Shown here in pieces: positions 41,401-54,145 of a stretch of 64,000 bases of DNA. Source of the DNA: Fimicolochytrium jonesii (taxonomy: Eukaryota); NCBI RefSeq assembly GCF_025526975.1, contig NW_026515680.1, positions 372,001-436,000 of the forward strand. Direction: 5' to 3'. The notes beneath the pieces are model-generated. The model was not told where the DNA came from, did not search any database, and saw nothing but the letters and a program-made list of their open reading frames with translations. Made by a program: the position numbers and the translations under genes. Positions within the stretch are counted from its first letter, which is position 1, and each line of letters opens with the position of its first letter.

Positions 41401-44400
41401 TTGGGAAGCATTCTTGGATGCGAAATCAGGTTCTCGTATTTCCGCGTCATTGCTTTGGTCGACACTTTGCTGTGCCTCTGAGCTACCGAGAGGCTGCAAT
41501 ATATTATCAAGCGTATGTTCCGGCTTCAAGGTTCGAAATGTGGCAATCGCATGGCTGCTCCGAAATGCGTGGATCTCAACCCGTTCCGTCTTCAAAGGAT
41601 CCAAGAAACGCTTCCGTAACTTCATCGGGATGATGGATTCCTTTTCTGAAACCCACTGCAGCTCTTTTTGCACTCGCTCGACCTTCTGTTCGGTGTCGTT
41701 CTTGATGTCGGATCGAAGATCAGGGTCGATAGTGAAAACATCTCGTGGAAGCTGCTCCTCCGCTGCCGCCCTCTCGTTATCGGCTACAAGTCGGGTAAAC
41801 TCGCTCCGCAGCTCTTTGATGTACTCCCGCATCACCTGCTTCTTGCGTTGGGCATCTGCGTACTCCTTGTCCTTTTCGGACTGCAGTTTCGCATCTTGCA
41901 TGGTGTACTCATTGGGGTCTAGAATATCGGCGACGGTGCGACTAGGAGGCAGAGCATCCGCTGTAACTTCAACCTCGCTACCCTTGATATGTTCCAAAGT
42001 CACCCTCCACGCAAATAGCCCCCCATCAGCGCCTCCGGTGAACAGGAACGAGTCGTCAAAGGCTGTTACAATGCTCGTAATTTTACCAGATCTCGCATTA
42101 TGGGCATGGCCGAACCAGTATTGCCCAGGTGCGTCTGGCACGACGTCCAAGTCCCCACGGCTGTCCGTTTCATCGACTTTTTCGGAAACCTTCTGCACAG
42201 ATGCATGTGCTTCCTCCTCCTCGAAGGCGGTTGAGTATTGACTGTACGCTTCGTGACCTCCAGTCCATCGGTAGAGTAAAATGTCCTCTAGGCGAAACTT
42301 GCGGAGACATGACATGCCATCAACCGTTCCTGTCAGCAGGTATTTACCAGTAGTAGACAGGCGCATATCCGAAAATTTGGACCGATAAACCAACACGAGC
42401 CTAAGCAAGTAGTGAATCAATATCTAGTTCAGCCCGAATGCGTTTTTCGACGGTGAAGCTTACCTGCTTTGCTTTGGCGTCCCATATTTGCACGCCCGAA
42501 TCTCAAATTCGCCGTCCTTATTCAGCAACGAGATCAAAAAGTATCCCCCTTCCAGGTAGAGCACGTTTGTGATTGGTGACGCATTTTCAACCACAAGTCC
42601 GTGCGCTTTCCGGAGAGCCGAGGTCATTCGTCCTGGCTTGACCGTGTCTTGCGTCTTTTCCGGTTCTTGCTCCGGATCTTCACGACCGGCCGCCGGGGTC
42701 TCGCTGGAAGTCTCCTCACTCGACCCCTCCTTTGGTTGCGGCTTAGCGGGTCGAGGAGGTGGCGGGACATCCAGGACCCATCTCGTAATTCGAAATATGT
42801 CACTGTTCAACTCGTAGCTGACAGAATTATCCACCGTCTCGCGTGCGGGTACAGTGATAGACAAGAGTTCCCCGTTTTCCAGCACAACGAATGCACGTTT
42901 GCCTTTGATCTCTTTGCTCAGCGCCAGTTCTTCTCCCAGCATCTCATCCTCTTCGAGGCGCGCATCGTCCACCGGCTCGATCTCATCGATGTTCAGATGG
43001 TTGTCAGGGGAAAACGATATCTTGGACGGAATAGATGCAAACGTGATGAAACCGATCGGATGGATTTTCGCCGTGGTATTGGAAAAACCAACGATGTTCT
43101 CATCGTCGTCGGGAGGCAAATCAATCTTGAAGAAGAACGCGGTGCAGTCAGAGGCAGTAGTGGCGAGATAGGTCCCGTCAGCGGACACGCCAATGGACGT
43201 GATGGGAGCTTTGTGTGGTTTAAAGACGTATTGCAAGGTGAATTCTGGAGGGTCGATGCCACTACTCAGCGGAGTATGGGATACGATTCGAAGAACTCCA
43301 TCCGCAAAACCAGCGGCCATGGTGCATCCCAACCTATCAAGCGACTGCAGCTCAATGAGATGTTTTATCCGGAGTTCGCAAAAGCTTCTTCTCGTCAGCT
43401 GCACTGAGCACTCACCTCCGGAAAGTACAACAGTGTCGTTCCCGGGCTCTCAAATCGCACGGAGTTCACCGAAACTTTTGAAATGTAGTCGTAGAGCTTA
43501 AGCGTGCCCCCGGCGCCCAAGCTTGCCATGCAATGCGATACTGGGCTGGCATCGACACCAGTTACCGCTCCGGCGTGGAAAGACATCAGTTTTTCGGTGG
43601 CACGCTTTTGCGTATCAAAAGACAAGAGGTTTCCCGACTGATCCTGGATGAGATACTTGGTATTCTCGCCTGGACACCGTACGACTGACCTTATCTGCAA
43701 TGTTCCATGAGCAGGTTTACTGGATCTCATGCGTCCGACGGTAAGAAACACGAACCTTGACATCCTCGCCGATGAAGAACTCGTCAGAGGGCTCCATTTC
43801 GAAAACCCGTGCTTGTGGGCTGGATGAGGAACCGCTCGCAGGACCTTCACCGTCTGGTGCTGCAGCATCTCCCGCAGCCTCAGCAGATGGTGCGCCAGTA
43901 GAGATGACATCGGCGGTGTCGATCGTATCAAAGTCCCAAACCCGAATGTACCCATCCTCGCCGCCGGTGAAGACCTCCCCATCGACGAGTAGGATGACTT
44001 CTACCGGTCCGTCATGACAAGGCTTACGAACCTGACCAGATAGTTCGCATTTGATCATTCCTCCGTCCCAAAGCAGAAGGTTGCCAGTTTCTGTGCTCGA
44101 CAAAACTTTCCCGTCGGGGAGTTGGATGAAGGTAACGATATCCGTGAGCTCGCTTAGCCCAAACTTTCCTATATATCCTTGGAGTTTGAGACCCGTAAAC
44201 GTGGATGCCATTCTCCAGAACTTGATGTGGCCCATTCCCGACGTGGTGAGTTGGCCGTCGCTCTCCGGCGAGAAAGCAATCGCATAGACATCCTGTCTCA
44301 TAAGTCTCAGGACTGGCACAACAGAGTCGAGGCCTCCCACCAAAACTTCATACCTGCGAAAAGGCCTTGCTTCTCAGCACCACCTTCTCTTGTTTCCAGT

Positions 44401-45323
44401 CCCACAGGGTTAGCATGTAGTCAGGATCCATTCCAACACTCGCTAACTTATCGCCGGCAGTGTTGAAGCTCAAATTTGTGATCCCTTTCTCAGCTCCTTC
44501 ACGGAGGACTCGATAGAGCTTCATTGTCGGATACTCGAAAATATAAATATTCGGCGAGCTCTCGGCAATCTCTCCGACTGCAATGAAACGTCGTGATGGA
44601 TGAACCTACAACATCGCCACCTCTCAGAAGACAGCGGTACCGGCATATGCATAAAAGGAAAAGAACTCACTGCTATAGATCCAATGGCACCATTTCCTAA
44701 TCCAGGTAAGTAGTCTTGTTCCATCGTCCGCAGGTTGACAAACACCAAAACGTTCCCGACGACGCTCGCAATCATGGTATCTGTCAGGTAATGCAAGTTG
44801 TTTCTCCGCAAGGACTCGAAGCCGAAACTATAGCTGTCAGTCGCAAGCAATGGGTTAGCGGATTGAGGACACCAACGGCAATCAGATCGCGAGGTAGTAT
44901 CATACAATAGTGACAGGCTTTCATTCGGCATGAGTTTCGCGCTGACATCCCCAACAACGAAATCTGCTTTGTCGTAGTAAAAATCATCCTCCAAAACCCG
45001 TATATCCTGCAATGATGCCCGGGATTCTTGAGGGAGAGGCATTGGAGGGCCTTGACGTGCCGCCGTAACCGCACCGCCGACTTTGGCTGCCGAGGGTGCT
45101 CTCATAGGATCTCCAGCTGAAGGTAGCGGAACCGCCTGGGGAACCGGGTCTCCCACATTGACCGTTCGTTTTGTAGAAGCGCTGTTGAGGTCTTCGTGCA
45201 CATTTTGTCCTTTTGACGTAGGCCCTGCGTAAGGATACAATCTCAATACTTAAAATCGGAGATACCCAGCGAAAGTTCAATAGTTCTCGTACTGGACTTA
45301 TCGCCCCTCCCGGCAGGATTCAT
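38416..45323 (-). CDS. CFAP44: Cilia- and flagella-associated protein 44 (WDR52), WD40 + coiled coil, multi-exon
   Basis: GHIKFWRMASTFTGLKLQGYIGKFG..ELTDI, ETGNLLLWDGG.IKCE, GDYKLKT...YIVPE, QKLNELDVVLPLRLHQIQY, QMLKFGKIIDLEKLE. The last exon ends ..PPRVAW* at 38416. Confidence 0.93.
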
Positions 45324-45710
45324 TTTTGCCTATATCAGACCAATTCCATTCGGTTTGAGGTTTGGCGTTCGCCGACACGCTTGAGACCTGCGGTATCGAT
45401 TTCAACTGGTTGGTGACAGCCAGTAGTTTAGACGACGTTCAAGTACGTAAAATATAATTCGCAAGTTTCTGGCCTGAACTTGCACTCGCTGTTGAACTGT
45501 CGTTTTCGAGACGCGCGTTAGGTGTCGGTTCCGGCCGTTTACCGGGTCGTCGGTATTCGGTGTGTGCTTCGTTCGCATTTTTGACAGCGTCGGAGTTGGG
45601 ATTGGAAACGCCGTCAGCATACTGTACTGTACAGTACACTTGGAATGCAATTTACGAACTTATACAGGCCTTGCCAATCCGCATCCTCACATTACCGCAA
45701 TCTCTGAAGA
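45324..45710. promoter_or_regulatory. Putative bidirectional promoter between CFAP44 and the EF-hand gene
   Basis: 387 bp lie between divergent ATGs. The spacer contains the perfect 16-bp palindrome TGTACTGTACAGTACA (45623-45638). Confidence 0.55.
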
Positions 45711-48700
45711 ATGGCTCACATATCCATCGCTTTGCCGCGGCAGGTAAACTGCTGTCGTACTTACATAACTTTCGTGCAAAGATCTGATGGAAACTTGACT
45801 AGCCTTTCGGCGCTGATTCGGGATGGATTCGGGATTCAACTCTTCGGGAGCCAGATATCAAGGAGGTGAACCTCGGGTCTTTTCCAACTCCATCAAAAGC
45901 CCCGCCCGCTGGTCAACGAGGAGATATTGCGATACAGTCTTCGGTTGCTTCTGATGTGGCGAGCTTCAAAGCGCAACGAGCTGCTAACCTCCGCAACGCG
46001 AACATCAACAATGTGGAGGCCAAATTACGTTCCCACGTTTTCGCTCACCGCATTAGAGTCGCGGACATCTTTGCGGATTTCGACAAGCTAAGATCCGGCT
46101 ATATCTCGGCAACACAGTTCAGGCGGTGTATTGGGACTCTATTGCAAAGAGGGGTGTCGTCTCCCTTGGCGGAACATGAAATCGAGGAACTTCTCGACTA
46201 TTATGACGTGAAAGGAAACCGATTGATCAAGTATACAAATTTTGTGGACAACATTGATAAAGGTAGGGCTCGAGCAAATGGGAGCCCCCGAATGTCCTCT
46301 CACAGTTCCGTATACGTATACATATAGTCTTTGGTGTGAAGAAGCTGGAATCAAATCCTACACAGCAAATACCTGATTCTAAAGAAGGCAAGTTCACCAC
46401 GCACTCCGCGGCAAACTTACGGCTGCGCATTATTAATGTCCAATCAGTGGTGAAGCCGTTTCGAACTCTTTCGCCATCTTCAGAAACACTACTGCAAAAC
46501 GTGCTGCAACGTTTACGGACGTATGTAAACTGGCACGGATCCGACGTGAAGACGTGGTTCAAGGATTTCGACAAACACAACAATGGTAGCTTATCATTGT
46601 TGGGCCGATATATCCTCAGTGCCTAATCATGCACATCTGCCTCCAGGGCTGATTACAGTGAACCAGTTTCGTCGAGGGGTCCCCTCCTCTCTCCTATCCA
46701 TGGAAGAACAGGATCTCCTTGTCCAACTCTATAGCAGCGACCAAAGCGTCAACTATTTCAAACTCAATACAGACGTGAACCGTAGAGGTACGATAGGGCC
46801 GTTTGTCCAGTTCTGACACCTTAGTCTAACGCCTTTTCGTCGGCAGGGCATCGGCATCACCAAGCGGATAGCGCACGGCTCATTTCACAACAACCCAATA
46901 CGGACTACCGAACCCACTACGTGCCCGTAGGAACCGAGGAACTCATCTTCCCGGCAAGAGCCACCTATCCGCCGCGTGGACCGTCGGCGGACGAGGTTGA
47001 AGACAAGATAAAAATTCGTATGACGGTGTCTTATGGCGGAGAATCCTTTGCAGGTCTTTGATACTGGTATAAATTTCGCGCAGATGTGTACAAAGAGCGA
47101 ATCCGATTGATCGAGTTCTTCCGTGACTATGACCGCCATAACAACGGTCTCGTAACGCAACATCAGGTAAATCCACTTCCGCAAAACTCTAGTGGAGGTG
47201 CTCCAGTGGGTATTCTTACACCGGTGTATCTTCCTCTAGTTCCGTGCAGGCCTTCGTAGCGCTTCCCTAGAACTAGACCATAAGGAGATTGAAGCGCTGC
47301 TTCCTCCGTACAGTACATCTGACGGTCGAGTGAAATATAGGGCCTTCTGCGATTCGGTCGAACAAGGTAACATTCCGCATTTGGGCGCATATCGGCAGAC
47401 ATCGTACTCAAGACCACCTTCCAGTTTTCACAATGAAGGAACTGGAAAGAGACCCCCTTCTCGAAGTCGGTCCCATCCCTCGTGAGGCATTAGTACAGGT
47501 TAGAAAGAAGAGAATGCGAGCTATTCAATTCAGCACGCTCACCTGGAGTATGTGAAGGGGCCAAATAAACTCCCGGAGGAAGATGAAGCTCGCTGCCAGC
47601 AGCTCCTGGAGCGATTGTCAAAACTAGTGGATGAGCGTCATCTGTTGCTCGAACCTTACTTTAAGGATTTTGATATGGTGAGTTGAATGTGCTTGAGGAA
47701 GCTTTCTCGCCAGCACGCTAATAAACATAAACGCTTTCTAGTGCCTGGGACAGTGCATCCTTGGGCGGGTTTCCCGCTCCCATTTCCGGCGGCTGCTTTC
47801 CCGCTTGAAGCTTGATCTGTCTAACAAGGACATACACCTTCTCTTCGCCAAATTTGAGGATCATTCGGCACCCGATCAAATCAATTATAACCTCTTTCTG
47901 ACCGCCATTGACGCAAAAAGTAAGTCAATTGGCGTCGTCCTTCAACTTACAACCCGAACGGCACACTCAGTCAAATGTTGCAGCGTATCTTGCGTATTCC
48001 TCAGTCAAGGCGACAACATCGAATGTTCCAGGTGTTCCAAGCGCCATTGACTTCTATGACAGTCGTCCAAAAGACGGAACGTCTCCGGGTTCCAGCAGAA
48101 CAGCGTCTCTTGAGGCGATATTGAACAGCTTACGAGTGCACATCTACCGACACCGAATCAGGGTGTCCGAATGTTTCCGAGACATCGACAAGCTTCGCTC
48201 ATATTCCATACCCAGAGTAGAATTTGCTAGGGGTATCCATCGGATTGGCGATCCATCTTTGTCACCAGAAGCCATTGAACGTCTAGCGGACGCATACGCT
48301 GACAAAGACAAATCTGGGTGCTGTAAATGGAAACTGTTTGAGGCAGACATCGAACGAGGTGAGATTTCAAGCACCAGACAACCGTCGGGTGGCCTCAGCA
48401 CTCATTCTCCATTTCCGTAGTGTTTGGAGACACCGACTTGGAATCTCGGCCGTCGCACGTCCCAACGCAGGTTCTGAACGATACAGATCCCTTTCTGACC
48501 TCCTCTTCTCTGACATATGACGAGGAAAGTAAGCTGCACGGAATCTTGAACATGATTCGCGGCTTTCTTCTGGTCAGGCAAACCTCCGTCAAACCATTCT
48601 TCAAGGACTTCGATAAGGTAGATAGATTGACGCTGGGTGTCATGCTGCGGAGCATGTCAGAACGCTAATGCACATAAACCTCCTGTGGTTAGCTGCGAAC

Positions 48701-50022
48701 CGGATTTGTCACGAAAGCCCAATTTCGCCAAACCCTATCGTACATCAGATGCCCGATATCCGAGGACGAGTTCAGCATCTTGTCCAGACGATACTTGAAA
48801 GCCGCCCACAACGTGGCCGCATCGGCAGCACAGGGAACAAGTCCTGCGAAGTACTTGGACCGTGTGGCCAAATGGGCATTGGGATCAGATTCATTGACTG
48901 AGGACTATGTTCAGAACACTTCCCAGCGGATCTGTTACGTGGCGTTTCTCCAAGAACTCGAAGAGGGGCTGCCCTTTGAGATGAGAGAGCAGTCGGGCAG
49001 GTTCCGTCCCAACAGGAATAGCAATGTGTTTGTTCCCTCCCAGCATGACGGAGTACCTACCGATTCCAAGTGGGTCGCTCAGCTGCCGGCAAGCGAAACA
49101 GAAAAGTATGTCACAGAGTACACCAGGATAGTGAAGCCACCAATTTACAAGAGGGCCGACCCGGATATGTTCCCTGTGGCGCAAAAGTCATGGTTTGGCT
49201 TTGGTTTCCCGCTACCCGCAGGGGAAACCCTTCCTTTGACGTTCAACGAAGTGCGGAGGGTTATGATGGACATCAAAACGAAGGTGAGAGGAGAACATAT
49301 GTACTGCCTCGCCTGTACCGTAAATTTTCGGCAATCTCATTCGTAGCCACAGACGAAATCCGAACGGATTAGGATTAGGGACACCATGTCCGACTTCGAC
49401 CCTCTTCGGCACCACCGCATCACAGCGTGTGAATTTCAGCGAAGTCTCAAACTGCTTTTCCCTGCGTTGGAAGCCTCTGCGCTTAGGGCACTGTCTAAGT
49501 TGTACTCAGAGAAACAGGACGGAATGGTTTCCTTTCAACGATTCGCAGACGATGTGGACTCCGTGTTCACAAAGAAAGGGTTAGAAAAAGATCCATTGGG
49601 TGAACCAGACGCCTTCCCGCCGCCTGGAGAGCCATCATCAAGAGAAAGGAAGGCGGGTGCCAATCTGACTGGAGAAGAGACGAACACCCTCAGGAACGTC
49701 CTTGCCAAAGTCAGGAAGGTTCTGGAAGTGAGGAGAATTGAGCTTCTTACGTTTCTCGAGGACTATGACAAGGTTAAGGAAGGTATACTTCCGGGATCCC
49801 CGTGAATCCAGTCTCGAAAAGTTCTATCATATTCCTTTGCTGAATCCCTTGACTTTATTAGGAACTATCACCACCAACCAGCTCCGCTCTGTCATGAGCA
49901 ATATCGGGATTCACTTGCAGGATGATGAGGTAGCCGTCCTCGCCAAAAAATTTGCTTCGCTTCCCACTCTGGAACGACTAGATTATCGCGAATTTGTGCA
50001 TGCCCTCGCGAACGGCTTGTAG
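45711..50022 (+). CDS. Multi-EF-hand repeat protein, probably axonemal (CFAP115/EFCAB6-like), many exons
   Basis: Exon 1 (45711-45743) is joined in frame by intron 45744-45802. Repeated units include RIRVADIFADFDKLRSGYISATQFRR, FKDFDKHNNG.ITVNQFRR, RIRLIEFFRDYDRHNNG, RIRVSECFRDIDKLRSYSI, RIRIRDTMSDFDPLRHHRIT and RRIELLTFLEDYDK. Confidence 0.75.
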
Positions 50023-50781
50023 AGAGTGAGAACAGTGGTCGAGAGCAAAGATGTACTATAAACTATGTTTTTCCTGACGTTACGTGTGCCATTGACCCCC
50101 CGCTTTGGTTGTTCTGCTCTGTAAGGGTATCTTCTCTTTGCGAGATTTCGTCTGAGACAGCTGGATGCGCCGGCGCTGGGGATTTTCATCTCTGCCCATT
50201 TGTTGATGTTGCTACCCTGTTCTCCTCCGGTATCCCTCGATCTCTCCTCGCGAATCCTCTACTTCGCAGTTATTCGGCTTCTCTCCTACGGCTCTTAGAA
50301 GGGCCCCATCAATATCCAAAATCAACGGGAGTTTCCGCAAGCGACAGAGCCGTTGATCCGCAGAATGCACAACGCCGCCAAAATCCTGGACGTCGACGGT
50401 GATTCCGTGTAAGCTTTGCTGGCACCCTTGGTCCAACGAACCATGAAGCACGTCGGCGTGTTGACCGCCGCTACAAGCACACGCCGCGAGCCATGACCCT
50501 CTTGAAATTGAGCGTCCTGTTGTGTGTGCTGGAGGACGATTGTCGCGACCATCGAACTTACAGTAAGTACAGTACTGCACAGTACCTGGAGACGCTTCTG
50601 GGTGGCGCAGCACGGGAGTAGACGGGATGCTGATGTCACCTTCTCCTCGCTTCTCAGCTCCTCACCACCTGCCTCACCACCGAGATATGTAACGACGACT
50701 TGTTGAGCTTCCTCACTGTACAAGAGTGTTTCAATCTTCGCAAATTTACTCACGAGCCACTCACAAAACCTCAACCGCAAG

Positions 50782-51843
50782 ATGGGTTGCAAAAGCTGCG
50801 GAGCCACTGACCACCAGCGCCGGAACAGCAAAAAATGCCCGCGCAATCTCAAATATGTTCACGTGGAGCCGACGTACAACGAGCCGAACCTGCTGAGCAA
50901 GCTACCATTGGAGCTGAAGGACGCCATCGCCAACCTACTGGATGTCAAGTCGCTCGCAAGGCTGAGCATGGTCGATAGAAACTGGAACATGAGCATAGAC
51001 AACGACGACTTTTGGGAGAGGAGCTGTCGTCGGCGTGGCCTGAAGAAATCGACACGGGTCAGCGAAATATCTCACAAGAACCTTGTCGTCTCCTCCTGTA
51101 CGAAACGTTGCGTCCGGTGTTTGGGAAAGAAGGCGTCGCCGTCAGTTTTCGTATCGAACCTCTACCTCTGTCGTCCTTGTGGCAAGAGCGACACGAAAAT
51201 CACAGTTACAAGGGCGCGGAAGGAGTACAAACTCAACGACCAGGACCTGGCTGGGCTACCTCACGTTTTCGTCGAAAATCCGCATTACCGAAATGCTTCG
51301 GCCATGACCTTGTACCAACTGAGCGACATCGTCGCCAAAGCACACGACAAGTATGGTGGCCCTGAAGGTCTTTTGGAAGCACAAGAAAAAGGAAAGAAAC
51401 GTTCGGAGGCGATCTTAAGAACGAAGGCCATCAAACGGGACGAACGACGCGCCGCGCTTGAAGCCGCCCTCGAAGCCGTCCATCTCGAGTTGCGTGAAGA
51501 TTCTGTCATGTGCGAAAAATATGTGAACGGAGTCTCTCGGTTTTCCCTGGAAGAAACAGTTGGCATTATGATAGAGGCGCACGTGCGACATGAGCATTCC
51601 CCATATGAGACGCTCCTAGACAGCAATATGGACGAGGCACGGAGGGAGCTCGGCCACGATGAATGGATATCATACGATGAAAGGCGCTCTTATTTCCAAA
51701 ACATACGCGACGAGACGGAAGACGAGGCGGTGGCGCTCTACGAATCCACTCTACGGAACCATGCCGATATCATCGATACTTTCGAGCGCTGTCGGTGTGG
51801 GAAACCGTTGTTTCCAGAATCCTTGATGCTAGGCGGCAAATAA
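50782..51843 (+). CDS. Intronless Zn-knuckle + F-box + XPA-C-terminal-like protein with an LRxDSxxC module
   Basis: CKSCGATDHQRRNSKKCP; LSKLPLELKDAIANLLD..SLARLSMVDRNW; CVRC...CRPC; ITVTRARKEYKLNDQDL...ENPHYRNASAMTLY...KYGGPEGL; ALEAVHLELREDSVMCEKYV. Confidence 0.8.
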   Translation: MGCKSCGATDHQRRNSKKCPRNLKYVHVEPTYNEPNLLSKLPLELKDAIANLLDVKSLARLSMVDRNWNMSIDNDDFWERSCRRRGLKKSTRVSEISHKNLVVSSCTKRCVRCLGKKASPSVFVSNLYLCRPCGKSDTKITVTRARKEYKLNDQDLAGLPHVFVENPHYRNASAMTLYQLSDIVAKAHDKYGGPEGLLEAQEKGKKRSEAILRTKAIKRDERRAALEAALEAVHLELREDSVMCEKYVNGVSRFSLEETVGIMIEAHVRHEHSPYETLLDSNMDEARRELGHDEWISYDERRSYFQNIRDETEDEAVALYESTLRNHADIIDTFERCRCGKPLFPESLMLGGK

Positions 51844-52043
51844 GTCGAGACATTTGTTCCTTCGCTTGTAGTAGTAGCTACCGTTGTATATATGATGTGC
51901 AATTCGAATGCCGCTCCGCTGCTAACCCACTGCATGAGGGAAGTCTTTTCATTTTGACTGAGACCACCGCGATTCTTCTCGTCGTCCATTGACAAGTTCC
52001 TTCGTAGTCTCGAGCATCCTTCTCGAACATCCGCCGTTTTCCA

Positions 52044-52573
52044 CTAGTCATCTGACAGAAATTCCTCTTCCGAAGGGTCAGGTGAATCCGTCCTTTCCGA
52101 TCCGCCCGTATACTCATCAGAGTCGTCCACATCCTAAACACGCGTGACAAGTAAAAAGCAACATCGGTTAACATCGGTTTGGGAAGCCAAAGAGCAATAC
52201 ACAGTCGGATGACCCGGACAACGACACACACTTGATAACTCGGTTGCGGGTTTGGCTGCGGTGGTGCCTTCACCTCTTTTTGCGCAAACGTTTGTGGGAC
52301 ATTGGTCGCCTTCTCCAGTCGTTCGAGCTACAAAAGTGTATGAAGTGAACGTCGGTTAGCACCATATCACCCTATCAACCGGCCCGCAGTCTCAATGCCG
52401 CTTTCTCTCTGGAGTCAAGATAAACTCTTACTCACCTTCGCCTCGAATGTTCTCTCCGTGTCTCTAGCTAGACTGCGGAGTGGTTCTGAGTCGCCTTCCC
52501 GGTACCAAAGAGCATTGGTCTTGCGCGGTAACAGACTGGGAGCCGTTCTGGAGATTTGCGGGTAGTAGGGCAT
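52044..52573 (-). CDS. ANAPC15: Probable anaphase-promoting complex subunit 15 (three exons)
   Basis: The spliced product is MPYYPQISRTAPSLLPRKTNALWYREGD...FEAK|LERLEK...PSYQ|DVDDSDEY...SEEEFLSDD*. PSLLPRKTNALWY resembles the human APC15 N-terminal PSLFPRVTETLWF as recalled, and the tail is acidic. Confidence 0.6.
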
Positions 52574-52849
52574 GGTCGAAACTACAGTATTGTCGCTCCC
52601 TTCGCTCAAGGGAAGGTGCAGGGGCCAGTGCTTTGCGCCAAGATGCGTTTTCACATTTGAGTCGATTTCCACGTCAAGCACGGAGTCGAGGAAACCGGCG
52701 CGTAGACAATTGGAAACGAAATTGGAATTTGGCACAACAGCAGTCGAAGATCACGGAGCCTTATTTACAGTACATAGCGCCAGACGCCGTTCTATTCCCA
52801 CCCACTCTATTCAGCCCCGTCGACCTCTTAATTGAGCCTTGTACACAAC

Positions 52850-53661
52850 ATGTCGCAACAACAGCCACAGCAGATCGACCCGATGCAAATTCCGCTTCCT
52901 CAGCTGAAGCAAATGCACCAACAAATAGGAGAGGTAGGGTGATCGCTACCGTCCGAATGAGCATATGGGCAGCCAGCCCGCTGCTCTTGCGCATTCTTCG
53001 TCTTGGTTCCGAAAGTTCATTGCTAATAGCGCCTCGTAACTACTCACAGGACCTGGACACTTTCACAAACTCTTTCGCACAACTGAAGAGCGTGCACGCC
53101 AAGTACAACGATTGCTCGGAAAGCTTGAACTTTGTAAATAAGAAGAATGCAGGTCCGTTGGAGTCATGGCAAAGGGTTTGCTTCAAAGAAGTCTAGAACT
53201 GACCCGTCGGTTCCATAGGCAAAACCATTCTCGTCCCACTCACAAGTTCCCTGTACGTGCCCGGCGAGCTGAACGATACCGATAACGTCATCATGGATGT
53301 GGGAACTGGATACTATGTGGAGAAGGTGAGGCGGCGGGGGAGATCAGATGGTTAGGAGGGATATGATGGGCGAAATGTTAATCTCCAAACGACCTCTTCA
53401 GCCTGTGGCAGACGCAAAGGATTACTACAAGCGGAAGATGGAGTATGTGAAATCGAATCTGGACAAATTGCAAGAGACGATCAATGACAGGCGCAAGCGT
53501 CTGAATGGTGAGGATGTAGAATTCCAAAGCCCTCGGTTCAAGACTGAGCGAACGAGGGTGTCTCATCCTACCTCCTTTTTGTAGATGTCACGGATCTGAT
53601 CAACTTGCGTTCGGCGTTGGCTCAACAAGAAGAGGGGCAAAAAGCGAAGGCGGCAGCATAG
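52850..53661 (+). CDS. PFDN5: Prefoldin subunit 5 (alpha type), five exons
   Basis: [34 protein letters not shown] and [12 protein letters not shown] introns join the exons in frame. Confidence 0.93.
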
Positions 53662-54145
53662 GAGGTCGGATTGCATCAGCAGTGTGCATGATGATCGGCC
53701 GCACTACATGTTGGCCGCTTGGCCTGAGGAGATGCCATTCATCAAGTGGAGCAGTGGATGAGCATGGGAAGCGCCGCCCTGTTGACCCATCCGCCATCAC
53801 TGTAGTCCGCTACGGCGTGGCGAGATCTGTTTATAGGATGTCCATATGTACATGAACCTCGCGGTTATAGTCGCCGTTGAATATACCTGTGCCTTCGGAG
53901 TAGTAGCTTGAGCTGCGCTCGGCAGAGAAAAAAAAAGGCGGCCATGATTGAAACGGGGCGTGGGTTTGAAGTCATCAAGTCACCGCGTGGGCGGCGCGTT
54001 TCCGTCTCAAATGACCTCAATGACCTTCCAGTCTGAACTCCAAAAAAGACGACGGGCTTTTTCCCGACCTCAAAACGACAGCCCTCGCTGCAGCCGTCGT
54101 CCATAATTTAACACACCCGCACTATCACCGTTTTCTTTCTCAAGC

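Noticed and set aside
39136..43407. Long plus-strand ORFs (305, 325, 268 aa)
   Set aside because: Antisense shadows of CFAP44 exons with no independent motifs.
52480..53196. 238-aa plus-strand ORF
   Set aside because: It reads through the APC15/PFDN5 spacer and intron, and only its end coincides with a PFDN5 exon.
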